A DNA stretch of 23,781 bases from Octopus sinensis (Eukaryota): contig NW_021836539.1 of NCBI RefSeq assembly GCF_006345805.1, forward strand, positions 1-23,781. The letters are read 5' to 3'. The first letter of the stretch is position 1, and the number at the start of each line of letters is the position of its first letter. Shown piece by piece: positions 11,396-20,035 of the stretch. The notes under the pieces are model-generated. The model saw nothing but the letters and a program-made list of their open reading frames with translations. It had not been told where the DNA came from and ran no database searches. The translations under genes and the position numbers were made by a program.

Positions 11396-12915
11396 TTATT
11401 AGTAGGAACTAAGGCGGCGAGCTGGGAGAATTGTTATCGAGCTGAACAAGATGCTTAGCGGCATTAAAAGATAGTATTAAAAGATAGACTGCCTGGAAAA
11501 TTTCTGTTTTAATATATTTTTATCAAAAGATACTTATGAATATCAGGGCGAGCATAGGGACAAATGCTGTTGCAGCGCGTCGCTGCATCCATCATTTGTC
11601 GATATCTGCTCGGCTATTCTTGGCCAACCCTCCGTTCTCATTTCTGCGAGATACTCTCTCATCCTCCGTGTCCATGAGGCACGTGGTCGAACAACACAGG
11701 CCATCACCTCTTTATATTGCGAGTTCAAATTCCGCCGATGTCGATTTTGCCTTTCATCTTGTTTTGCTGTGCACTTGAGTCAGTGTAATCGATTTTCACC
11801 CTACCCACAAAATTCAGACCTTGTGCCTATAGTAGAGAGAATTATTAGCATGAACTGAGGCGGCGAGCTGGGAGAATCGTTAGCTTGGCGGACAAAATAC
11901 TTTGCATTTCATCAATCATTACATTCTAAGTCGAAATCCCACTGAGATCGACTTTGCCTTTCATTCTTTAGGAGTCAATAAAACAATTACCTGTTGATTA
12001 TTGGGGTCGATGTAAGTGACTTACCCACTCCTCCGAAATGCTGATATAATACTAAAAATTTGAAGCCATAATTACCATAAGGCGGCGAGCTGGCAGAAAT
12101 GTTAGTACGTCGGGCAAAATGCGTAGCCGTATTTCGTCTGTCGTTACGTTCTGAGTTCAAATTCCGCCTAGGTCGACTTTGCCTTTCATCCTATCGGGGT
12201 CGATTAAATAAGTAACAGTTACGCACTGGGGTCGATATATAATCGACTTAATCCGTCTGTCCGTGTTTGTCTCTTCTGTGTTTAGCCCCTTGTGGGTAAT
12301 AAAGAAATAGGTATTTCGTCTGTCGCTACGTTCTGAGTTCAAATTCCGCCGAGTCGATTCTAACTTTCATCCTTTCAGCGATCGATAAAGTATCACTTGA
12401 GCACAGGGGTTGATGTGATCGACCATCTCCTCTCCACATCATTTCAAGCCTCGTACCTATTTTAGAAAGGATTATTAGCAGTAACTAAGGTGCGAACTGG
12501 TAAAATCGTAAACATACCTTGCATAATGTTTTGCAGCATTCCATCCGTTTTTACGTTCTAAGTTCACTTCCACAGAGGTTGTCTTTGCTTTTCATCCTTT
12601 TGCAGTCGATGAAGTAAGTACTAGTTAAGCATAGGGGTCGATGTAATCGACTTACCCCATCACCCAATATTTCAGTCCTTGTGCCTAAAGTAGAAAAGGT
12701 TATTAGCAGGAACGAAAGCACTGAGCTGGCAGCTTCGTTAGCACACCGAAATTAAAAAATGCTTACGTACTAAGTTCAAATTCTGCTGTGTTCAACTTTG
12801 CTTTTTATTCTTTTGGGTTAACGAAAAATGCATCAGTTGCGTACTGGGGTTCGATGTAATCGACTAGCTCTTTTCACCAAATTCCAGGATTGTGACTATA
12901 GTAGAGACTATTATC
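11396..12915 (+). mobile_element. Head-to-tail array of about 6 SINE type B units
   Basis: Unit starts near 11396, 11840, 12079, 12311 (headless second monomer), 12472 and 12699. They recur with GAGTTCAAATTCCGC..GTCGACTTTGCCTTTCATC..GGGGTCGATGTAATCGAC. Confidence 0.9.
11473..11710 (-). repeat. Inverted copy of 9874-10111 inserted into a SINE
   Basis: The SINE head ends ...ATGCTTAGCGGCATT at 11465 and resumes at ~11711-11721 (…GAGTTCAAATTCCGCCGATGTCG). Confidence 0.95.
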
Positions 12916-12959
12916 TATAGCAACATTTTGTAAGTGTAACTTCCTAAAAACGACTTATT

Positions 12960-13209
12960 ACGCTTCCTGTCGGCTTTGACATACCTGAATCTTGGCTGGT
13001 GGGGGTGCTTGCCTCCCCTTCACAAATATAAGGACACAGGAAATGTGTCAAAGCCGACAGGAAGCGTTCGGTGCTTCCTAGGGCTAAACAGCGGTGGTGT
13101 AATTCCCATACGGGACTGTCACGTTATGTTGACATTATACAACCACTCTATCGCTCCACCACCGCTCATGTCTCTTTGAGACATTTAGAAATTTGATATA
13201 ATAGTATAT
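12960..13209 (+). repeat. 250-bp inverted duplicate of 14359-14608
   Basis: Reverse-complement match with 5 substitutions that I could find; ORFs 12976-13179(+) and 14389-14592(-) are identical except S/N. Confidence 0.97.
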
Positions 13210-13459
13210 ACGCGTACACATAGAGACACCCACACACATATATACATTTTTTTTTTGTGAGAATATGATGGAATTTTTACAATTGATGTAGGTGGCTGAG
13301 TAAGCTTTCGGAGTGATTATTAGTGTTAGTTCACAACTACGCATTATTAATGGCTTTCTAATATGACAATTACAGCAAAAGATAAGAAATAAACATGTAA
13401 TTGTATGATATAAATATTTTTCTCTCACCGCTGTACTATGTATCTGATGTATGTTTTTA

Positions 13460-13675
13460 TATTTCATGTATGTGCGTGTGTGTGTGTGTGTGTGTGTGCG
13501 TGTGTGTGCGTGCGCGCGTGTGTAAATATGTGTATTTATGTGTGTGTGTGTTTGAGTGTGAATGTTTATGCGTGTATACACACACATGCATATATATATA
13601 AAATAATATATATATATATATTTGCATATATACATACATATATGTACATAATTACATCTGTACGTATATATACAT
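13460..13675. repeat. (TG)n/(TA)n microsatellites
   Basis: Direct reading. Confidence 0.9.
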
Positions 13676-13679
13676 AAGC

Positions 13680-14586
13680 ATGTGGGCACAGGACGTCACG
13701 AAACGTGTACAACAAAAAATATGAAGTACGAGTACATGGAATATGAACTTTTTTTCGAACAATGAAAAACACAAATGGAAAACAAGGCAAACAACATAAA
13801 GAACGACCCTTCATAAGTTGTTGGCTGTTTTTCTAGTCTCGTATTTCGAGCATTTCACAACAAGATACACTTTCGATAAAGCAATTGCTTCCGCAAAGCA
13901 AATTAAATAAAATTTGGGATTTTGTGGAGGGTCAAAATTGGTAACAAAAACAGGACAGTGAAAACAAGCAAGAAGGGCTGCTAAGTCTAAACGAGGTTGT
14001 GGTGGCGAACGCTTAAATCAAGCTTAGACAGTAGACAGACAAGAACACGTCTTCCTTGATCCAGCTACAATGGAGAGAAAGAAAGAAACACAAGTTAGGA
14101 GAAGAAAGAAGGATGGCCGGTAGTCACATAGGAGCCACATGAGCAGGGAAGGAAGAGTGATGGAGAGAGAGTGACAAAGAACTGTGAAGGAGAGAGGAAA
14201 AATTGGAGATAGGATAAGTGAGAAAAAACAGGAGGGGAGAAGGGGAGGTAAAAGTATAAGAGAAAGGAAGAGAGAAAAAAACGAAAGAGTAATAGGAAAG
14301 AATAGTGGGACAAGAGGAGGTAAAAGAATAAGTAAATATTTGAGACGTATTTTATCAAATATACTATTATATCAAATTTCTAAATGTCTCAAAGAGACAT
14401 GAGCGGTGGTGGAGCGATAGAGTGGTTGTATAATGTCAACATAACGTGACAGTCCCGTATGGGAATTACACCTCCGTTGTTTAGCCCTAGGAAGCATCGA
14501 ACGCTTCCTGTCGGCTTTGACACATTTCCTGTGTCCTTATATTTGTGAAGGGGAGGCAAGCATCCCCACCAGCCAAGATTCAGATA
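13680..14586. mobile_element. Unclassified interspersed repeat fragment with an internal GA-rich tract
   Basis: Complex sequence flanked by microsatellite, continuous through a purine-rich tract (~14070-14330) into the foldback. It resembles repeats I associate with octopus DNA, but I cannot assign a class or find an ORF. Confidence 0.35.
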
Positions 14587-14740
14587 TGTCAAAGCCGACA
14601 GGAAGCGTTCGATGCTTCCTAGGGCTAAACAGCGGAGGTGTAATTCCCATACGGGACTGTCACGTTATGCTGACAGTATACAACCACTCTATCACTCCAC
14701 CACCGCTCATGTCTCTTTGAGACATTTAGAAATTTAATAT
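14369..14740. repeat. Foldback: 154-bp inverted arms (14369-14522 / 14587-14740) with a 64-nt loop
   Basis: Arms pair directly with about 5 mismatches, e.g. AAATTTCTAAATGTCTCAAAGAGACATGAGCGG... versus ...CCGCTCATGTCTCTTTGAGACATTTAGAAATTT. Confidence 0.97.
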
Positions 14741-14820
14741 TTCTAATTACTATTATATCTAACTTGTAGAAATAGCTTAGCAACATGGAATTATATGTGA
14801 CGAAAAGTATAAATAATAAT

Positions 14821-14960
14821 CCTTTCTCCTAGGGGCAGAGGGCCTGAAATATATGGATGTATGTCGATTACATCGACCCCAATATTTCAATGATTCTAAT
14901 TTCATCGACCGCAAAAGGACTGAAGTCGACATCAGTGGAATTTGAACTCAGAACGTAGAC
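14821..14960 (-). mobile_element. SINE type B partial
   Basis: GTCGATTACATCGACCCC ... GGAATTTGAACTCAGAACGTA. Confidence 0.75.
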
Positions 14961-15030
14961 ATTAGTAGAATAATATCTATTATATATGTAACGTTCAGTA
15001 ATTACCAGTAATGATGCACCGAAAGAGTCG

Positions 15031-15121
15031 TAGGGGTTTGTAATAAAGCCTGTTCATTCCAACTTATATATATATGTATACATAAGAAGTTGGAATGAAC
15101 AGGCTTTATTACAAACCCCTA
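15031..15121. repeat. Perfect 35-bp inverted repeat with a 21-nt loop
   Basis: TAGGGGTTTGTAATAAAGCCTGTTCATTCCAACTT (15031-15065) and AAGTTGGAATGAACAGGCTTTATTACAAACCCCTA (15087-15121). Confidence 0.98.
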
Positions 15122-15488
15122 TAGTATATACGTTCCCGGACTAATTATATTTAATAAAAAATAACTTTAAGTTTTAATATCATCTCCTTCGAAAACTCAC
15201 CTTGCGCAACAGTACACCGGTACCATCGTTCCTGCCATTTTTGGAATCCAGTCTGGAAATCGAACAGGTCGCGGTCTCAAAGTGATGAAAATATTTTGGC
15301 AAACCAGTACAATAGAAAATTCCGCACGACAAAATTCCGCACAACGAAAATATTTTGGCAAATTAAATTTAAATGTTGAAGTGAATCTAACGGTTTTTGT
15401 GTGTTTCTTAAATGGCTTATAAACACCTTCCACGCTGCAATTATATATATATATATATAAAGTTAATCGAAACAAGAAATATATATAT

Positions 15489-15541
<53 letters not shown>

Positions 15542-15543
<2 letters not shown>

Positions 15544-15746
15544 AAATGTGACCGCGTGTGTACCGTTGGCGATTTTTTTCCTCTGTCTTCCCTTCTCTGG
15601 ATCTTTCCTTCTCCTATGTTTCCGACGAAGAGCTCCGCTCGAAACGTTAAACCCTCCTTCTTTCCTGAGCGTCCAATATTACTATATTTGTTCCAGGTCC
15701 TCGCGTTGTTGTGTTTTTTTTTTGTGCTTTCATGTTTGGATTAACT
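15542..15746 (+). mobile_element. ~200-bp short element between (TA)n tracts carrying a hammerhead-like motif (Penelope-like pLTR or retrozyme-like remnant)
   Basis: Discrete complex island bounded by TA tracts on both sides and containing the motif below. Class assignment is inference. Confidence 0.5.
15618..15652 (+). ncRNA. Minimal type I hammerhead ribozyme motif, degenerate (U4>C)
   Basis: GTTT-CCGACGA-A-GAGC-TCC-GCTC-GAA-ACGT-T-AAAC: helix I GTTT/AAAC, core CUGANGA with one mismatch, helix II GAGC/GCTC, GAAA, palindromic ACGU in place of helix III, predicted cleavage after GUU (15648). Confidence 0.65.
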
Positions 15747-15864
15747 ATATATATATATATGCATATATATACATGCATGTACATACATACACACACATAT
15801 ATATGCATATATATATATACATATAATACATTATATATATATATACATATATATGATAAATATA

Positions 15865-15900
<36 letters not shown>

Positions 15901-15902
15901 TG
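15747..15902. repeat. (TA)/(TACA)/(TATG)n microsatellites
   Basis: Direct reading. Confidence 0.95.
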
Positions 15903-15988
15903 AAATCTCTTTTATACTCATAACAACTTTATACAGGTATATATGGTTATACACCTATGTTTGGGCATATGCCTCATAACTACATCTT

Positions 15989-16120
15989 AGGAGGAGAAGG
16001 AGGAGGAGGAGGAGAAGAAAAAGAAGGAGAAGAAGAAGAAGAAGAAGAAGAAGAAGAAGAAGAAGAAGAAGAAGAAGAAAGAAGAGAAGAAGAAGAAGAA
16101 GAAGAAGAAGAAGAAGAAGA
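15989..16120. repeat. (GGA)(GAA)n trinucleotide tract
   Basis: Direct reading. Confidence 0.95.
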
Positions 16121-16670
16121 GTAGCTAATCGCGATATGCTTCTACATCTGTGTAGCGAGTAGTGAGTAGCCATCGCTCATTGTTACTTTGTTATAGTATA
16201 TAAGATTTTTAAAAATCTTTTCTATCCCTTTACTCTCTTAGCAATGGAGATGCAGTCGCTACGGCGCAAGTTACACAAAGAAAACATGAAAAGTAGAAAT
16301 GATATAATGTTAATAATAACATTGATAATAATTGTGGTAATAATGGTTGCCGAAGGAAACTGGTAATGGACGGGTAACGTAGTTCAGTTGGTTTAGTTTA
16401 AAAGCGGGTGGGCATTATAAAATGTCAAGGCAATTCTGAAAGAAAATGAAAGAAAAAGAAAGAAACTAGGCAACGGAAGAAAGGCAGAGAGGAAAGGAAA
16501 ACGAAGCAGAAGGAAAGGAACATTAATGGGGATAGGTGTGAATAAAAAGCCTCTTTAACAAGGGGGAAGCTATTAGCTGTTATAGACTTAATGTTATTCA
16601 ATACCTAATGTAATTCAATGCTTAGCGACAACAGTAACAACAACAACATTTTTTTTTTTTGCTTTTTTAG

Positions 16671-16830
16671 ATAAGGCACCAGGTCAGCATTGTTTATGGT
16701 AAGGGTTTAGTCGATGTTACCGACCGCAGTTCTTGACTGATACTTTTTTTTTTTATCGATCCTGGAAGGATTAAATGCAAAGTTGGTCCCGAAAGGAATT
16801 TGAACTCAGAACGTAAAGTGCCGGAACAAA
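16671..16830 (-). mobile_element. SINE type B partial
   Basis: TTTATCGATCCTGGAAGGAT...GGAATTTGAACTCAGAACGTAAAG. Confidence 0.7.
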
Positions 16831-16835
16831 TAAAC

Positions 16836-17160
16836 TGGCACTCCTTTGGTTACGACGACAAGGGTTCCAGTTGACCCAATCAACGGAACAGCCTGCTCGT
16901 GAAACTAGCGTGCAAGCTACCGAGCATTGCACAGAAAAGCGTACCCTTAACGTAGTTCTTGGGGAGATTCAGCATGAAAAGGAATGTGACAAAGCTGGCC
17001 CTTTACAATACAGGTACAACTCATTTTTACCAGGTGAGTGAACTGGAGCAACGTGAAATAAAGTACTATGCTCAAAAACACAACGCGCCGCCGGAAATCG
17101 AACTCACGTTCTTATGGTCGTGAATAAAATAACCTAACCACTAAGCCACGTACCTTCACT
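16836..17160 (-). mobile_element. SINE type C (third tRNA-headed family)
   Basis: Minus strand GTGGCTTAGTGGTTAGG (A box) ... GTGAGTTCGATTTCCGG (B box), then TGTGTTTTTGAGCATAGTACTTTATTTCACGTTGCTCCAG and a ~250 bp body. Confidence 0.7.
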
Positions 17161-17229
17161 TGGAATAAAGCGTTTTTCGACGCTCCAGTTATTCTACGAG
17201 CTCTTGTTCTACAACAACAACAGCAAAAA

Positions 17230-18190
17230 TAATTTCTTATATTGGCCACAACGGCTCCAAACACAAACGAAAAATATACTCTTACGTTCTTCTTGAAGGA
17301 GTACTTCATAGAAGAAAAGTTCAGTTTTCAAGTTTTTCAATAGCGTTTACCAGGTAATTCGCCCTTCATTTCTGTAGCAAAGCAAAGGCTCGTTCTACAC
17401 GGTAGATTTAATTCACAAACGGATCCGATCTGCGTGTGAAAACACATGTTTGACACAAACCCAAAAGCTGGTAATGAACGGGCACTGAACGTATACATGC
17501 GAGAATGATTCCTCTCCCGGTGAACATCACAGACAAGTCTGGTTACTGGCGTCTCGAACACTGCTATGTCTGCAGAGTTTCCTCCGAGTAGGTAGCATTC
17601 TAGACCAAGAAACTTTTGGATATTGTTCATACACCTCACTCTGTATAACGGCCAGAAAATATTTTTCACACTGTTCTCATTGACGCCCAGACACGCTCTC
17701 GGTTCATCGGAACTCATATCTTCCACTAGTATTCAATATATTGATATCTTTGACTATTTCCCTCCTGTTCACATGGTCAAGTACATAGTTTGCGGTGAGT
17801 GCTTGACAATATTCGATATGCAAAAGGTCTAACCTCGACTTGAGATTAATCCAAGACAGCAGCTCAGTTAAAAAGTACGAATTGTGAGAAGACGAGTTGC
17901 AGGAACGGCTATCACCGTCGACAAAAATCTTAGTTGATATGTCAAGCAAAGCGCGTGCCTGTGCTTCATCTGCTATATTATTGGCAGCCAAGTAACAATC
18001 ACTGCATCTTCATCTAGTGGGCGTTTGGCAGGTGATGGCCCTCAGGAATTCTGGAATCTCTGTCTTCTACAAATATAGAAGAGCATAGCTTCAATCTGGT
18101 CAGAATGTTTCCGTGATGAAAGCTCGATGGTTAAGTGTTATTATATTACCAGGGCTGTATAGAAGTTCACCAGTTCCGTTCGATCTTTCA
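17230..18190 (-). pseudogene. L1/Tx1-clade LINE ORF2 C-terminal remnant with zf-RVT CCHC knuckle
   Basis: Across frameshifts: IFWPLYRVRCMNNIQK/SWSRMLPTRRKLCRH...TCL*CSPGEESFSHVYVQCPFITSFW (knuckle 17535-17461). The upstream limit is approximate. Confidence 0.75.
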
Positions 18191-18209
18191 TGTGCAACAT
18201 CCCTTTGGC

Positions 18210-18211
18210 TC

Positions 18212-18244
<33 letters not shown>

Positions 18245-18312
18245 GAAATAACACAACAACAACAACAACAACAACAACAACACAACACAACAACAACAAC
18301 AACAACAACAAC

Positions 18313-18346
<34 letters not shown>
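18210..18346. repeat. (AAT)n(AAC)n(AAT)n compound tract
   Basis: Direct reading. Confidence 0.95.
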
Positions 18347-18349
<3 letters not shown>

Positions 18350-18884
18350 CAGGTAGTGGCTTTCATGGCTTCTCATCTTAACTAATTGGAAGTGTTATCA
18401 TGTACATTGTTTTGTCTTGGTACAAAAGATGGCCTACGTCAAATATTCTGCTCAATACCACAGATTTGCTTGTCAGTTGTTTGATCATAACCAGTTAAGC
18501 ATGCCCCTTAGTGGCTGATGATATGTGCACCTCTGATCACGAGCAAAAGTAGTAGGTGAGCATTATAGCCATGTGTTGTGAGGAATTCTTTGAGGTTTGG
18601 ATAATTCAACTTTGGAAACATGGGTGTTCAACATCCTTAAATAAACCTTATCCAGGGACCATTGAGCAGGATGGGCTACTCGACCTGAAGAAAATTCTAA
18701 CTGGGCCCCACCTGCAAGGTCATGTTCTGTTACTGTTGATGTGAGATCACCATGTTACGCACATATGGTTGTGATGCATGTGCCTGGTGTACCCTTGTCA
18801 GACGGGTATTCATGTTGGGTATACTGGGCTACGTATATTTTACCCCAGTGTCACTTTGCTGGTATGCACTGCTCTCACTCACTC
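18347..18884 (+). mobile_element. Interspersed repeat with (TAA)n 3' tail (probable LINE 3' UTR fragment), copy 1
   Basis: Homologous to 18997-19373; ends ...CTCTCACTCACTC followed by (AAT)n from 18885. No recognisable protein. Confidence 0.65.
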
Positions 18885-18951
18885 AATAATAATAATAATA
18901 ATAACAATAATAATAATAATAATAATAATAATAGTAGTAGTAGTAGTAGTG

Positions 18952-18984
<33 letters not shown>

Positions 18985-18996
18985 ATATTTATAAAT

Positions 18997-19373
18997 ACCC
19001 TGATGCAGTACCAATCAGTGGCTCTCATGACTTCTGATCTTAACTTATTGAAAATGTTATCATGTACATTGTTTTGTTTTGGTATAAAAGATTGGCTACA
19101 GCAAATATTCTGCTCAATACCATAGATTTGCTTGTCATTTGTTTGACCATAACCAGTTGAGCATGTTCCTTAGTGGCTGACGATATGTGCATCTCTGATC
19201 CCAAGCAGAAGTAGAGGGAGAGCATCATAGCCATGTGTTGAGAGGAATTCTGTGGTGTTTGAATAATTCGTCTCTGGAAACATGGTTGTTTCGTTCAACA
19301 TCCTTGTCCAGGGACCATTGAGCAGGATGGGCAACTCGACCTGAAGAAAATTTTAACTGGGCTCCACCTGCAG
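18997..19373 (+). mobile_element. Same repeat family, copy 2 (3'-truncated)
   Basis: Colinear with copy 1 from CAGTGGCTCTCATG to GGGCTCCACCTGCAG, with scattered substitutions and different small indels. Confidence 0.7.
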
Positions 19374-19456
19374 GAATCACAAACATGTACAACATATAGG
19401 AAATAGCGTTACTGGGATGCGGAAGCATAATATGTGGAGCACAACCAGTGCAATAG
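19373..19456 (+). mobile_element. Tiny R4/Dong-like ORF C-terminal remnant
   Basis: GITNMYNI*EIALLGCGSIICGAQPVQ* resembles the IQKxxLxGTxHxLR terminus seen at 6848-6916. Confidence 0.35.
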
Positions 19457-19509
19457 AAAATATAAAACCCAATAAAACAGTACAAAAAGGTGAGTCCCAT
19501 AAAGTCATT

Positions 19510-19678
19510 CTCTCTCCCACCCTCTCTCCCTTTTCTCTTTCTCCTTCTTTCAGTCTTTCTCTCTCCCCCCCTCTCTCTCTCTCAGTCTCTTTCTCTCTCT
19601 CTCTCAGTATGGTAGTAAAAGACATTAACAGAAATAAAACTACTACTACTACTACTGCTACTACTACTACTACTACTA

Positions 19679-19719
<41 letters not shown>

Positions 19720-19769
19720 GTAATAATAATAATAATAATAATATTAATAATAATAATATTAATAATAAT

Positions 19770-19807
<38 letters not shown>
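19510..19807. repeat. (CT)n, (TAC)n and (TAA)n tracts
   Basis: Direct reading. Confidence 0.95.
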
Positions 19808-19808
<1 letters not shown>

Positions 19809-20018
19809 CGTTTCTACTGTAGGCACAAGACCTGAAATTTGGGGGAGGAGACTAGTCGATTACAACGACCCCACACTTGATTGGTACTTATTTCATCAAC
19901 CCCGAAAGGGTGAAAGCCAAACGACCTCCGTGGAATTTGAACTCAGAACGTAACGATAGACGAAATACTGCTAAGTATTTCTCCAGGCGTGCTAACGATT
20001 CTGCCTGCTCGACACCTT
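19808..20018 (-). mobile_element. SINE type B, full length
   Basis: TTTCTACTGTAGGCACAAG ... GAACTCAGAACGTAACG..GACGAAATACTGCTAAG..GCTAACGATTCTGCC. Confidence 0.88.
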
Positions 20019-20035
20019 ACTACTACTAATAATAA

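Noticed and set aside
10112-11472. Inversion of the spacer between the 238-bp arms (staggered-break model)
   Set aside because: The SINE that starts inside the spacer continues colinearly beyond the right arm, so the spacer is not flipped relative to the right flank.
11396-12915. CRISPR-like regularly spaced repeats
   Set aside because: Units are ~220-bp SINE homologues without unique spacers, the context is eukaryotic, and there are no cas genes.
13801-13860. Minus-strand GCTCGAAA...CTTATGAAGGGTC, possible type II hammerhead
   Set aside because: The core is mutated and helices I and III cannot be formed.
12976-14720. Three near-identical 67-aa ORFs (12976+, 14389-, 14517+) suggesting a small gene family
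   Set aside because: They are by-products of the inverted duplications, with non-ATG starts and no coding signature.
17085-17155. Candidate tRNA gene (also the heads at 8690-8757 and 21524-21590)
   Set aside because: A/B boxes are present, but there is no complete cloverleaf and each continues into a SINE body.
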